Source: a virus
Taxonomy: Duplodnaviria; Caudoviricetes
DNA: 57,886 nt
Virus record (IMG/VR): IMGVR_UViG_3300021403_000001
Span: 1 to 57,886 of that record
Reading direction: 5' to 3' (one strand)
Shown: in pieces, positions 1 to 9,444 of the stretch
How the letters are laid out: every line of letters starts with the position of its first letter
How positions within the stretch are numbered: the first letter of the stretch is position 1
Notes under the pieces: model-generated
The model's database searches: none
What the model was told of the DNA's origin: nothing
Seen by the model: the letters and a program-made list of their open reading frames with translations, nothing else
Program-made: the position numbers and the translations under genes

Positions 1-126
1 CCCGTCCCATCTGCTTTCCCTTGACCCAATCCTGCAAGAGATTGGCGATGCCGGAAAAGTCCTGCACGGGCGGCGCGTAGTTTGCCGTCGTCGGCGCATT
101 GACGACTGGTGAATCCCAGCTCGCCA
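1..126. repeat. Terminal direct repeat, left copy (circular assembly overlap)
   Basis: 1-126 is identical to 57761-57886, and an ORF reads through the junction. Confidence 0.95.
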
Positions 127-792
127 TCAGACAAAGGCCATAAGGCTAGTGGCGAGGCCAGCACCGGCCTTCAGCGCGCCGAACTGATTGGCCGCGGCCT
201 GATTGTTGGCCAGATCGGCGTTTGCCTGGGCATTGCCTTGACTAGTGTTCGCACCGTAATCGAGGCTCGCCTGCTGGCCTGCAGTACCACTCTGCGTTTG
301 CGCCAAGCCTGAATAAAGGGAGCCCTGCCCCTGTGCGCTTTGCGTCGAGAACGGAAGGTACTGCTGGAGGGCTTGAAGATAGGGCTGATAAGCGTTGGTG
401 GTCGCCGTGTTCTGCCCGAGGTTCTGCAAGGCAACGTCGGTGGCTCCACTTGCAAGCTGGCCAGTGGCCGCCTGATTGCGGAGCACGTTTTGCGAACCCG
501 TATCCAGAGCGAACTGAAAGCCGGGCGTGTTTTGGAGTTGCTGGGTCGCAGAGGCGTTGCCGCTAGCCCCTCCCAAGCCCAACAGGTCACCCAGAGCCTT
601 CGTGCCCTGATTTGCCGTCGCTGTATTCGCGATGAACGGCTGAAGGCCAGCCGTATAAGAATTGGTGGCGTTCGTCAGGCCGGTGCTTAGGTCGCCGGTA
701 GCTTGCGTTTGCCCAGCCTTGATGCTGGCAATCTGCGCGTTCGCCGCGTCCTGCGCGTTGTCGTTGTTAAATAAGTCCAATATGCTGGCCAT
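127..792 (-). CDS. DNA ejection/pilot protein (P22 gp7-like)
   Basis: Ala/Gln/Gly-rich with a NTPGFQFAL motif; lies between head-tail genes and large internal virion genes. Confidence 0.6.
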   Translation of the reverse strand: MASILDLFNNDNAQDAANAQIASIKAGQTQATGDLSTGLTNATNSYTAGLQPFIANTATANQGTKALGDLLGLGGASGNASATQQLQNTPGFQFALDTGSQNVLRNQAATGQLASGATDVALQNLGQNTATTNAYQPYLQALQQYLPFSTQSAQGQGSLYSGLAQTQSGTAGQQASLDYGANTSQGNAQANADLANNQAAANQFGALKAGAGLATSLMAFV

Positions 793-809
793 GCTGGAAC
801 ATAGCGGCC

Positions 810-829
810 AACTGGTTTACCAATTTTCG
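810..829 (-). promoter_or_regulatory. Putative late-promoter motif, copy A
   Basis: Minus strand CGAAAATTGGTAAACCAGTT followed by TATGTT (-10-like); similar to 7091-7110, 51701-51720 and 53933-53952. Confidence 0.5.
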
Positions 830-831
830 GG

Positions 832-1131
832 CTAGTTAAGCGCCGCTTTCATGGCCAGTTTCACGATCTGATCCACGAAACCCTTTTCGATCGCTCCCGA
901 GCTTTTCCCTGCCAGATGGGCTTTACCATAGAGCCATGCGAGGGTGTACGTCACAGGAGCGGGATCGTTCATGTTGCGGGCTTCAGCGACGGCCTGACGG
1001 GCGTAATCTTCGCCTTGGGCGTAGTCCTTTGCATGGTCGCCGCTTGGTTCTACGGACCATCCATCCCATTGTTCGCCGTCATTCTCGGGCGGCTTGACGA
1101 ACGGCAGAATCCTAGTGGGTTGGTTGACCAT
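832..1131 (-). CDS. Hypothetical protein (moron-like, possibly leaderless)
   Basis: 99-aa ORF; TTCAAA-17-TATGCT ends 5 nt before the ATG. Confidence 0.6.
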   Translation of the reverse strand: MVNQPTRILPFVKPPENDGEQWDGWSVEPSGDHAKDYAQGEDYARQAVAEARNMNDPAPVTYTLAWLYGKAHLAGKSSGAIEKGFVDQIVKLAMKAALN

Positions 1132-1167
1132 GCCGCAGCATACGCCAGTTGGACAATAGTTTGAAGG

Positions 1168-1503
1168 TCACGGCAGCGTCAGGTCCACATAATGGCACCA
1201 CGCGTAGAAAGGAATCGTCGGCTTTCTGTCCACGCCAAGGATCGGCGTTTCCTTCGGCAGAGATTGCGGGTTAGTCGCGAGCGGCCGGATAGACCGATCA
1301 GCCCACAACAGCCACTTCAGGAACGGTATCGTCGGCCGCCGCGCTATCACGATGGCGACGGGCGGCAATGGCTCGCGAGCTCCAACGCCGTGCGGAGCCG
1401 TTGCCTCGTCAATGCCTTGAAGCCAAGCATTAAACTCTATGGTCGGAGAATTTTGCGTATCGACAATGACGCTACCGAATGTCGGTAATGCTGGGCGGCT
1501 CAT
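1168..1503 (-). CDS. Three-repeat virion protein (position of a tail needle/plug)
   Basis: Three copies of LP...PTIxFxxW...D; lies downstream of the gp10-like gene. Confidence 0.6.
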   Translation of the reverse strand: MSRPALPTFGSVIVDTQNSPTIEFNAWLQGIDEATAPHGVGAREPLPPVAIVIARRPTIPFLKWLLWADRSIRPLATNPQSLPKETPILGVDRKPTIPFYAWCHYVDLTLP

Positions 1504-1504
1504 C

Positions 1505-1675
1505 TTATTTTTGCCGCAGCCGTTGCAGTGCCCACTTCAGTGTCTCGTAATTGGTCGCCCCATAGCGTGGGTAGTAAGGATCAATGCTCCAGCGCTCCTG
1601 ATCATAGCTATCGCGTATTGCCTGCCATGATGTCATGGCGATAAACAAACCCAGCAAAAATAAGCCAGCGCCCAT
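1505..1675 (-). CDS. Small membrane protein, 56 aa (not in the ORF track)
   Basis: MGAGLFLLGLFIAMTSWQAIRD...LQRLRQK; TGATG-coupled to the upstream gene and fills the gap. Confidence 0.55.
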   Translation of the reverse strand: MGAGLFLLGLFIAMTSWQAIRDSYDQERWSIDPYYPRYGATNYETLKWALQRLRQK

Positions 1676-3126
1676 CAGTAAGCCCTCGCGTCAGCCGCCT
1701 GCTTTGCCTTGACGAAGGACGCATAGACGGGATCGGACGCGCTCATGCGCCAGCGGCGCCCACGCGGTCCCGCCGTCCCGGCACTCAGGACGGTGACGCG
1801 CTGGGCGCCATTGCCTTGGGCTCCAAGAGTCCTCAGCACCGGGTTTGACCAGGTAGTGCCGCCATCATCCGACCAACTGATCTGCACTTGGGGATTTTGC
1901 TGGTTCGGCGTGCCAGAGGCGATGCCTACCCCCGTTACCCAATCGAAGTCGGCGCGGCCAACCCGTTGTCTGTTCGGGAAGTTCTGCACTTCTCCACTTT
2001 CCATTCGCATGCGGATGGTCTGGCCGAACTCCTGTTGGTTCGTCGCGTCGATATAGCCGAGGTTACCGCTCAACGTGTCGCCCATCACCCATTTGCCGAA
2101 CGCGAATGTTCCGCCCACCCCGCGCCAAGCAGAGAATGGAGCAGTCGTGTTATTCGTGGCTTGGAAACTCTGTCGCTCGTTCCACTTCTCGGTGTTGGTG
2201 TTGAACTCCCAAGTGAAAGTTGGTGACGAAATGAACCACACCGAGCGCCCGCGATCGACATAGCAACCTGCAATAAGCGTCGTCTTGTCGCTTACTGACG
2301 CAATGGCGCGGTCCTGGTCTGGACCTGACACTTTCTGAAGCCCAAAGCTGGTCGCGTCCGTAAAGCGATAAACCCCGCCATCATCGGCAACCCACATCAA
2401 TTGGCCAAAGCCGTCCTGATGGCCTGCGATGGCGTTGGCCGATATCAGCCCGCGGTCGATCACCTGAAGCCGGGAGTATGGAAAGGCCGGAGAGGCGTTC
2501 GCCGTGTCGTTCCAAGCCTCACAGCTCGAGGTCTTGAAGAACAGCATCACGCCCTTGTAGGCGATTCCACGTATCAGTGAATCCGAGGCCCGAGACTGGA
2601 TCGTGACAAAGCAAAGCGCGTTCACGCTGGTAGCGTTGATGCCGGTCGCGAATGCCCGCCCATCTCCAATGGTGAAGAAAAAATAGCCGTCCTGAAACGC
2701 GACCGAGTTTGGAACCGGCAGATTAGCGTCAGGCCATGAGATCGGCGCAGCCCCAGCGGTCGAAACAAATGCGCCGTTCTCTGTGACAATGGCCACATTC
2801 GGATTGGTTGCGAGGTTGTTCCGCGCCATCGTGACCGGCAGCGTGCCAGCAAGTGAACCAAGCACCACTTCATTGCCGGATGCATCGTAGGTGATCAGTT
2901 CACCACTCTTGGCGACATAGATGAGGTTCTTGACGAGGAGCGCCCCCCGGTAGCCCGTAAACGTGCTTGCAGCGAACTGTGTAAGGCCCGCTGATCGCCT
3001 CCAGCGCGGCCCCAGCTTCTCCCCCATCGGCTCGGCATAGCAATTGACGAGCCTCCCTGCGCTCTCCTGAGCGTTCTCTCCTGGAGAGGAAGACAGTGGC
3101 CAAGGGATGTCTACTTCGGCGCCCAT
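1675..3126 (-). CDS. Packaged-DNA stabilisation / tail hub protein (P22 gp10-like)
   Basis: 483 aa; SVAFQDGYFFF and ISWSDDGGTTWSN motifs; synteny. Confidence 0.75.
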   Translation of the reverse strand: MGAEVDIPWPLSSSPGENAQESAGRLVNCYAEPMGEKLGPRWRRSAGLTQFAASTFTGYRGALLVKNLIYVAKSGELITYDASGNEVVLGSLAGTLPVTMARNNLATNPNVAIVTENGAFVSTAGAAPISWPDANLPVPNSVAFQDGYFFFTIGDGRAFATGINATSVNALCFVTIQSRASDSLIRGIAYKGVMLFFKTSSCEAWNDTANASPAFPYSRLQVIDRGLISANAIAGHQDGFGQLMWVADDGGVYRFTDATSFGLQKVSGPDQDRAIASVSDKTTLIAGCYVDRGRSVWFISSPTFTWEFNTNTEKWNERQSFQATNNTTAPFSAWRGVGGTFAFGKWVMGDTLSGNLGYIDATNQQEFGQTIRMRMESGEVQNFPNRQRVGRADFDWVTGVGIASGTPNQQNPQVQISWSDDGGTTWSNPVLRTLGAQGNGAQRVTVLSAGTAGPRGRRWRMSASDPVYASFVKAKQAADARAY

Positions 3127-3482
3127 CAGAACTGCGGCGCGCGCAGGATTTCACCCGTGGGCCTTCCCCGGTTCATGACACGAAATTGCAGGAGCGCGAG
3201 CTGGTAGTCCTTATCCACTTCGGCCGCGGAATCGCCGATCAGGCCGAACTTGGACTTGCAATGGAAGGCGACACAGGCCGCGAACGGAATGAAATATTCG
3301 TCCGGGATATTGTTGAGGTCGGGGATATAGACGATCTCTGAGGCACCCAATAGGGCCACAATGGACGGAAGCTTTTCCGACACGCGATTAAGGTCCTCGG
3401 TCTCGGCAGTCTGGCCAGCAGCCAGCACACCGAGGTTTTCAAGAACCTCTTGCAGAAGATCGGCTTCCGTCCGGAATCCCAA
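3126..3482 (-). CDS. Head-tail adaptor (P22 gp4-like)
   Basis: VLENLGVLAAGQT motif; coupled to the gp10-like gene. Confidence 0.65.
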   Translation of the reverse strand: MGFRTEADLLQEVLENLGVLAAGQTAETEDLNRVSEKLPSIVALLGASEIVYIPDLNNIPDEYFIPFAACVAFHCKSKFGLIGDSAAEVDKDYQLALLQFRVMNRGRPTGEILRAPQF

Positions 3483-3488
3483 GGCTCA

Positions 3489-3962
3489 TTACTCGTTGAC
3501 GGCGGACTGTGCGAGCGCTTCCTGTTCCTTCAGGATGCTGTACCGCGACTTGTAGATGGTCTGGATGTACTCAACGTCATCCTCGCCGCAGCCGCACTGG
3601 ATGCGGAGGTCTTCCTCATCACGCCAGCGCCGCGCCATCTCCTTCGTCGAGTGCGAGGTCCGCACCCAGCCGACCGCATAGCCGCGGTACTGCTCGGAAG
3701 TATCAGGAATGCTCGGCGTCGCCTTGGCCTGATCGAAGCCTTCGACCTTGAACCAGGGGTTGTTCTTCGCCGCTTCGATCATTTCGACGGCCGAAAGCCC
3801 GTTCTTGATATCCTGCGGCTTCACCGGTTTGTTGGCGTGGAAGCGGTGCCGATTCCAGAGCGTGGAGTGCGGGTCGCCATCATGGATCGGTGTGTAGGTG
3901 ATGGTCGGAAGCTCTTTCTTCTCGGCCTTGGTGGGCTTCTCTAGCGTAGCGGCGGCGGTCAT
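3489..3962 (-). CDS. Hypothetical protein
   Basis: 157-aa ORF with an RBS (GGAGAA) inside the head operon. Confidence 0.65.
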   Translation of the reverse strand: MTAAATLEKPTKAEKKELPTITYTPIHDGDPHSTLWNRHRFHANKPVKPQDIKNGLSAVEMIEAAKNNPWFKVEGFDQAKATPSIPDTSEQYRGYAVGWVRTSHSTKEMARRWRDEEDLRIQCGCGEDDVEYIQTIYKSRYSILKEQEALAQSAVNE

Positions 3963-4023
3963 GGCTTCTCCGTTGTGTTCAAAGATAACGGGCGCGGGCC
4001 GTAGCCCACGCCCGACGCGAGAC

Positions 4024-4554
4024 TTACTGATCGTCGTCCGCGATGTAATCGATCAGGAGCGTCACTTTGCCGGCCGTTGCCGCAGTGCCCGTCTGCGTAT
4101 AGCGGACGTACAGGTCAAAGCCGCCCTGCGATCCGGTTGCGGTGCCAGAGGTCACGACAAGGCCAAGGCCTGCCGCGCTGCTCATGTTCTGGTTGCCTGT
4201 GGTCGCAGCAACGCAGTTGGTGCCAGCGGTGGTGCCAGAGGCGAGGAAATCGCCACCGGTCGCCGTTGAGCCGATGGTGAGGTTGTTGGTGGTGCCGGCA
4301 TTGAACGCCGTGGTCACATAGCAGCGGATGCCAGTGATGTAAGCGTTCGCCGGGATGGCGCCGATCTTGACGCCGGCACCGATATTGGCGTCGTTGAAGT
4401 TCACTACCTTGCGGAAGTGAACCGAGGTCTGGATTTGCAGCACGCGCGGCGAGAAGCTGGGCGGACTCGTCAGAGCCAACACAGGCACGGTGAACACGAA
4501 GGCGGTCAGTGCGACCGACAGCGCGCCAAGGATACGGGAACGAAGGGTTTTCAT
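4024..4554 (-). CDS. Putative capsid decoration protein with a signal-peptide-like N-terminus
   Basis: Follows the capsid gene; beta-rich VTTAFNAGTTNNLTIG; N-terminus MKTLRSRILGALSVALTAFVFTVPVLA. Confidence 0.55.
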   Translation of the reverse strand: MKTLRSRILGALSVALTAFVFTVPVLALTSPPSFSPRVLQIQTSVHFRKVVNFNDANIGAGVKIGAIPANAYITGIRCYVTTAFNAGTTNNLTIGSTATGGDFLASGTTAGTNCVAATTGNQNMSSAAGLGLVVTSGTATGSQGGFDLYVRYTQTGTAATAGKVTLLIDYIADDDQ

Positions 4555-4623
4555 GGTCTCAAGTCCTGAATTGTTGGGCCAAGGGAGATGCCGGAAGCCT
4601 CATGCCTCCGGCGTCAGGTTTCC

Positions 4624-5772
4624 TTAGGTGTCGCTCGCCGACGCGACGAACGCGGTGAAGATTCCCCACTCCTTCAGATTTCCAGCGAGGTTCTTCTTGG
4701 CGATCTTGGCGAGGCCGTAGGCCATCTTGATGCCGGCGCCGCGGAAGAACTGATAGTCGTCTTCCTTGAGGAACGTCGGAGTCGGCGCGCGGCCCCAGCA
4801 ATGAGCCATCGCGGACTGCCCGCAGATGAACACCGGAGCAACCTGCCCCGCCGAACCGCCGGCCGTGGTGTAGAAGGTCGGCAGACGGATATCCATCTCG
4901 GGGATTTCCCGGATGATCATGCCGCTGTAGATCAGATCGCCGTCCTGGAAGAGCGGGTTCTTGTCCATTCCGTTGCCTTCACGGGCGCGAGCCTGGGTGT
5001 TGGCATTGATGATGGTGGTGTCCAGCTGAAGATCGCGGAAGGCATTCGACCCTGCGAACACCATGAAGTATTCGCGGTTGGTGTTCTTCACCATGTAGGG
5101 GCGAATGCGCGGATTGGCCTTCTTCGCCAGCCGCTTCGCCTTCAGGAGTGTCGCTGCGGAGAGCGTCATGCCGGAGGTGATGTTGGCCATCGAGGAGGCG
5201 AAGTTGCCCGCCACGAGGTTGCCGGTTGCGCCGCCGATCAGAACGCGGTCAGCGTTGTCCGTGATCCACGTATTGCGTTGGGCAGCGGTCGCCGCATCGA
5301 ACAGGATGCCGTTGACACGCTGGCCACCAGCCGAACCGAGGCCCGCAGGCGCCGCTTCAGCGGGGAGCGCATAGAAGGCATCGATGATCTCGTCACGGAT
5401 GAGCTCCTTGCCCCAGTCTTCAAGCAGGGGCTTGGCTTCCGCGAAGATGTCGATGGACGACTTCTGCTCTTCCGCGTTGTTGATCTTGATGGCGTTGCGG
5501 CCCCAATCGATGTACGCGCGGAAGCCGTAGTTATCGATGGTCTCTTCGTTGCCGACCAGGATGCCGGAACCGACAGGCTGGTTCTTCAGGCGAGCCACGA
5601 GCGGCACGTTGATCTGCTCGCCGCCCTTCTTGAGGTCGTTGACGACGCGGATGATCGCGTTCGCCGATGCGCTCATGTAGGGCCCGAAGAGATTTGCGCG
5701 GATGTATTCCCGCGTGATCTCTCGACGGAACTGAATGAGTTTATTGTTGACTTGAACGGTAGTTGAGGCCAC
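4624..5772 (-). CDS. Major capsid protein (N4-gp56/DUF4043-like)
   Basis: 382 aa; GTG start after AAGGAG; LVGNEETID and NPLFQDGDLIYSGMIIRE motifs; follows the scaffold gene. Confidence 0.85.
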   Translation of the reverse strand: MASTTVQVNNKLIQFRREITREYIRANLFGPYMSASANAIIRVVNDLKKGGEQINVPLVARLKNQPVGSGILVGNEETIDNYGFRAYIDWGRNAIKINNAEEQKSSIDIFAEAKPLLEDWGKELIRDEIIDAFYALPAEAAPAGLGSAGGQRVNGILFDAATAAQRNTWITDNADRVLIGGATGNLVAGNFASSMANITSGMTLSAATLLKAKRLAKKANPRIRPYMVKNTNREYFMVFAGSNAFRDLQLDTTIINANTQARAREGNGMDKNPLFQDGDLIYSGMIIREIPEMDIRLPTFYTTAGGSAGQVAPVFICGQSAMAHCWGRAPTPTFLKEDDYQFFRGAGIKMAYGLAKIAKKNLAGNLKEWGIFTAFVASASDT

Positions 5773-5803
5773 GTCCGTAGCTCCTTAATGACGCAGGCGG
5801 CGC

Positions 5804-6940
5804 TTAACCGGCCTGACGATCTGCCCAGACGCTCTCGAAAATCCCTTCTTCGCTGCCATCGAAGTCTGCCGGATTGACACGCTGCGCCGACTGACTTCCC
5901 GAGGCATCGCCGAGCGACTTCGGAAAGCGCGTTACGTTGCGTGGACGGCCATTGTCGGCTTGCGCCGCTTCGGACTTGAGATCGGCGAGCAACTGCTTGC
6001 GGAACTCGGGGTCCTTCATCAGAGCTTCGCGCGTTTCGGTTCGTATCTGCTCCGCGAACTTGTCCGGATCGCTGCCGACGCGCTGCAAGGTGGTCTGCTG
6101 CTTGTGCCAGTTCATCAGGGCGCGGCCGGGGTTCGGCGCGTTGACGATTCGGGCGACTTCAGCGCGGGTCATCGGGTCGTCACGACTGACTTGCCGCATT
6201 ACCTGCTTCGTGACGGGGTTGATGCCGGTCAGGTTCTCGTAGGCTTTGACGAACTCTTCCCCGTGGGCCTCGTGAGCGTCCGCCATTGACGATTCAACGA
6301 AGTTCTGGCGATAGACATCCTGGGCTTGAGAAACGGCTTCGGACTTGGCCTTCTGAAGCACCCATGCCTCGTACCCTTCCGGGTCGGTGAACATGTCTGG
6401 CTTCTGGGCCGGCTTTTCTGGCGTCTGCTGTTGGACCTGTGGCTGCGGTTGGGGCTGGGCAAGCCGCGCCATCATCTCGTCAAAGCGCCGGTTGATGGCC
6501 GCGATCTCGGTCTTGTACCGATCCTCGTTGGCCTTCTCGCGCTCTTCGACTTCGCGCCGCTTGTTTGCCTCTCCCGTCAGGCGGGAACGCGGGACCATAT
6601 GCCCCTTGTCATCGCCTTTGCCTTCGGCCTTCTCTGGCTTCTCGGAGGTGAAGCGGCCCTTGTCGTCTCGGGCTGTCTCTTCCTCTTTCTCGCCGTCAGT
6701 TTCGCCTTTGTCCTCGTCGTTTTTCTCGCCCGCGTCGGCCTTCGTCTCGGATTCCTCACCCGAGTCATCGGCTTCAGCGCCAAGATCGTCTTCCATTTCC
6801 TCTGCGGAGCGGTCGCCGTCGCCATCGGATTCGCCATCTGCGGGCGTATCGAATGCGTCTCGGAAGAGCTCGTTATCGGTGTTGGCGACGGCCTCGGTTA
6901 GAAGTCTGTCTTCCAGCGGAGAAATTTCGCGTTGGCTCAT
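5804..6940 (-). CDS. Capsid scaffolding protein
   Basis: Acidic N-terminus, RDDKGRF motif, VPRSRL plus coiled coil, PDMFTDPEGY; lies between portal and capsid. Confidence 0.75.
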   Translation of the reverse strand: MSQREISPLEDRLLTEAVANTDNELFRDAFDTPADGESDGDGDRSAEEMEDDLGAEADDSGEESETKADAGEKNDEDKGETDGEKEEETARDDKGRFTSEKPEKAEGKGDDKGHMVPRSRLTGEANKRREVEEREKANEDRYKTEIAAINRRFDEMMARLAQPQPQPQVQQQTPEKPAQKPDMFTDPEGYEAWVLQKAKSEAVSQAQDVYRQNFVESSMADAHEAHGEEFVKAYENLTGINPVTKQVMRQVSRDDPMTRAEVARIVNAPNPGRALMNWHKQQTTLQRVGSDPDKFAEQIRTETREALMKDPEFRKQLLADLKSEAAQADNGRPRNVTRFPKSLGDASGSQSAQRVNPADFDGSEEGIFESVWADRQAG

Positions 6941-6960
6941 AAAATGGTCGTCCCTTCAGT

Positions 6961-7070
6961 GCCAGCGGTATCGTCGTGGCCACGTTCCGCCAGATATCGC
7001 TCTGGCTAGGCTGAGGAACGAAAGGAAAGCCGCCCCTGAGTGCTTGGCCGCATATCGTTGCGGGCCTCAC
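6961..7070 (-). promoter_or_regulatory. Structured 5' leader of the scaffold gene with three RCGAUA-loop hairpins
   Basis: CCGCA-ACGATA-TGCGG, GCCAGA-GCGATA-TCTGGC and GCCA-CG-ACGATA-CCGC-TGGC on the coding strand. Confidence 0.55.
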
Positions 7071-7090
7071 TGCGGAGCAGAATTGATTGA

Positions 7091-7110
7091 AAGCGATTAA
7101 CTGATTTACG
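7091..7110 (-). promoter_or_regulatory. Putative late-promoter motif, copy B
   Basis: Minus strand CGTAAATCAGTTAATCGCTT; 14/20 identical to copy C. Confidence 0.45.
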
Positions 7111-7120
7111 GAACGCGCCT

Positions 7121-9148
7121 TCAGCGCATCAGGTGCTCGGCGTAACCGCCTTGCGGTACGGTGCCGGGATGCACCGGAGGCACGGCCTGCGGTCCCGGCG
7201 AGGTCGGCGGCAACTGCCCACCGTGCAGCCCCTTGGCGAAAGCGAGCGGCAATTGCAGTTGATCGGCCTGCGGCGTGACTTGCGGCGCGTTCTGCACGGG
7301 GCCAGTCGGGGCCTGCGGCTGCTGGATGTACGGCCGGTCCTGTTGGTCTTTCTGGAACTGCTGGACGCCCATCTGCTCGGCTTCTTGCGCGCTTACACCG
7401 GCCCGAGCGGCGTTGTAGGCCGCCTGCGTAATGCGCTGAATCGAGCCTGCGTTCTTCTCCGCAATCTCCGCGTCGATACGCTCCACATATTTGAGCTTGC
7501 CAGCCTGTTCGATCGGGTCCGGAGGCGTCTGAAGCATCTGCATGTACTTCTGTTTTTCACGATACGGGATCGGCAGAAGGTTCACGATCATCGCCGGTGG
7601 GAACTGCACGCCAGATTGCTGCGCGGCCATGATGATATCGAGCGTATCGGCCTGCATGTTGATGGCGTCGGGACCCTCATCAAGTATGATGTCCACGTTG
7701 ATGGCGCCGAGATAGTTCACAAGCTGCGGCCTGCCCCACTGATCAAGGTCAAGCCCGTTCAACTGGATGAATTGCGCCAACTGCTGGTCATCGGTCACGC
7801 GAATCCACCGCTCCGCGGTCCAGTAGCGCTGCGCGCAATTCCAAACAGCTTGGTAAATGCGAAGCTTCCAACCTCTTAACGCAAGTATGAACGGGCCAAG
7901 CTCTGCCGTGCCAGCTTGCTGCATCAGGTTGACGGCGCGGCCGGAAACATTCTTCGGCACTTGCTCCGACCCCGGCATCACTGGCGTTGCAGGTGCCGAT
8001 TGATCTATCTCGGCTTTTGCTTCCTGAAGGAAGGCCATTTGGCCAGCGAGGTCGCCAGTCTTGTCGTCCGGTTTGATATCAAGGCCGGGGTTTTTCTCGA
8101 TATAGCCGTCCGGCCGCGCCCATTGAGCGCGCGCCTTCTCCACATCGTCAACTGCGCCTTTGTCGGCGATCAGGCGGTTGCTGTTGGTTGTGAACAGGGC
8201 CTTAGAGCGGCGATGGTTGATCTCGTCCTGCGGCCCCTTCAGGTTACGGAAATAGCCGTAGCGGTCCCCGTCGTGATCGACCATGGCCGAAAACATGATG
8301 AAACGCGGAATCGTCTTGCCACGATCATCGAAGAACGGCGACACACCTTCATCAAGGATCACGTCCGCGATGTAGAAGCACCAATGCCACTGGTTACGGT
8401 GCTTGTACCAGTGCTCAACCAGGCGCACGCGGCGCTCGTTGGTCATGATCCAGCGATATTCGCGATCAGCGTAGGTCGTCAGTTCCGAGCCGGTATCGAC
8501 CAGCGAGCGGATGGTGTCTTCAAGGTCCGGAAATAGTTCGATGCAGGCTTCTTCATCAACCCATTTGGCCTGACCGAGATAGCGAGCGTCGTGGAAGTCC
8601 GGCCGATACGAGCGCGGATCATAGAAAAAGTCGTCCCCATAGACGATCTCGAGCTTTACGTCCGGATCGCCCTTATCGCCCTCACGGAGCTTGAACCCCA
8701 TTCCTGAAACGCCGTCGATGCAGGCATGACGGGCCACTTCCGAGCTCTCGGTCTTCCAATCATTGGAATCGAGAATGTAGCGGACAACTTGGGTGGCGAC
8801 TTCGGCGCCCTGATCATTCCTCGGATTGCGCGGAAAGGCCTTCGGGTCCTGCCGTAACCGCTCGGTGAGGCCAACCGTGGCGTTGATCTTCTTGGAAATA
8901 CGGTTGTAAGTGACCGGAAGCTGCCGGCGTGCGCGGAGAACGCGCAATTCTTCGGCGGACCATTGAGCATTATGGTAATATTGCCGAGCCTGTTGCTGCT
9001 CCGCAATCTCAGGCGTCTTCGACGTGAGATAGTCGAGATATTGCCGCTTCAGCCGCGTGACTGAAAGGTAATGGCCTTCCTCGCCATCATAGTTCGGCTG
9101 ATTTGGCGCGTTCTCAGCTTGGCTTTGCTGAATTTGAGGCTGCATCAC
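7121..9148 (-). CDS. Portal protein (P22-like)
   Basis: 675 aa; YYHNAQWSAEE, VTYNRI, DFFYDPRS, YGYFRNLKGPQDEINHRRSK and SGRA motifs. Confidence 0.88.
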   Translation of the reverse strand: MMQPQIQQSQAENAPNQPNYDGEEGHYLSVTRLKRQYLDYLTSKTPEIAEQQQARQYYHNAQWSAEELRVLRARRQLPVTYNRISKKINATVGLTERLRQDPKAFPRNPRNDQGAEVATQVVRYILDSNDWKTESSEVARHACIDGVSGMGFKLREGDKGDPDVKLEIVYGDDFFYDPRSYRPDFHDARYLGQAKWVDEEACIELFPDLEDTIRSLVDTGSELTTYADREYRWIMTNERRVRLVEHWYKHRNQWHWCFYIADVILDEGVSPFFDDRGKTIPRFIMFSAMVDHDGDRYGYFRNLKGPQDEINHRRSKALFTTNSNRLIADKGAVDDVEKARAQWARPDGYIEKNPGLDIKPDDKTGDLAGQMAFLQEAKAEIDQSAPATPVMPGSEQVPKNVSGRAVNLMQQAGTAELGPFILALRGWKLRIYQAVWNCAQRYWTAERWIRVTDDQQLAQFIQLNGLDLDQWGRPQLVNYLGAINVDIILDEGPDAINMQADTLDIIMAAQQSGVQFPPAMIVNLLPIPYREKQKYMQMLQTPPDPIEQAGKLKYVERIDAEIAEKNAGSIQRITQAAYNAARAGVSAQEAEQMGVQQFQKDQQDRPYIQQPQAPTGPVQNAPQVTPQADQLQLPLAFAKGLHGGQLPPTSPGPQAVPPVHPGTVPQGGYAEHLMR

Positions 9149-9441
9149 TCAATGATCCGCCTAGTGGCAGTGGCTTGAGCATTTGACGCGCCTGAGGCCG
9201 AGCCGGTGTAAACGACTTGGCCAGTTCGGACATTGATGACTTGGACTTGGCCGCCCCCAATTGGGCGCATTTGATACGGCGACGACTGCGCGTATTGCTG
9301 GGGCGCTTCAGATGGAGCCTGCGCAACATCGGAGGGCGCTGGCGAAACATACTGAGCGGCAATCTGGCTGTACTGCTCAGGCGAAATCAGGCCCTGCTTG
9401 GCCATCTGTCCCGCCCGCGTTAGTACGTCCTCCGCAGCCAT
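9145..9441 (-). CDS. Hypothetical protein with a SHOCT-like motif
   Basis: LTRAGQMAKQGLISPEQYSQI; overlaps the portal start. Confidence 0.6.
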   Translation of the reverse strand: MAAEDVLTRAGQMAKQGLISPEQYSQIAAQYVSPAPSDVAQAPSEAPQQYAQSSPYQMRPIGGGQVQVINVRTGQVVYTGSASGASNAQATATRRIIE

Positions 9442-9444
9442 GCC

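Noticed and set aside
1-126. Terminal repeat as a biological direct terminal repeat
   Set aside because: It cuts through a gene, and 126 nt fits a k=127 assembly overlap, so it most likely shows circularity only
4588-5766. Long antisense ORFs opposite the capsid gene (also opposite portal, scaffold and others)
   Set aside because: Expected shadow ORFs of GC-rich codon usage, with no motifs or RBS
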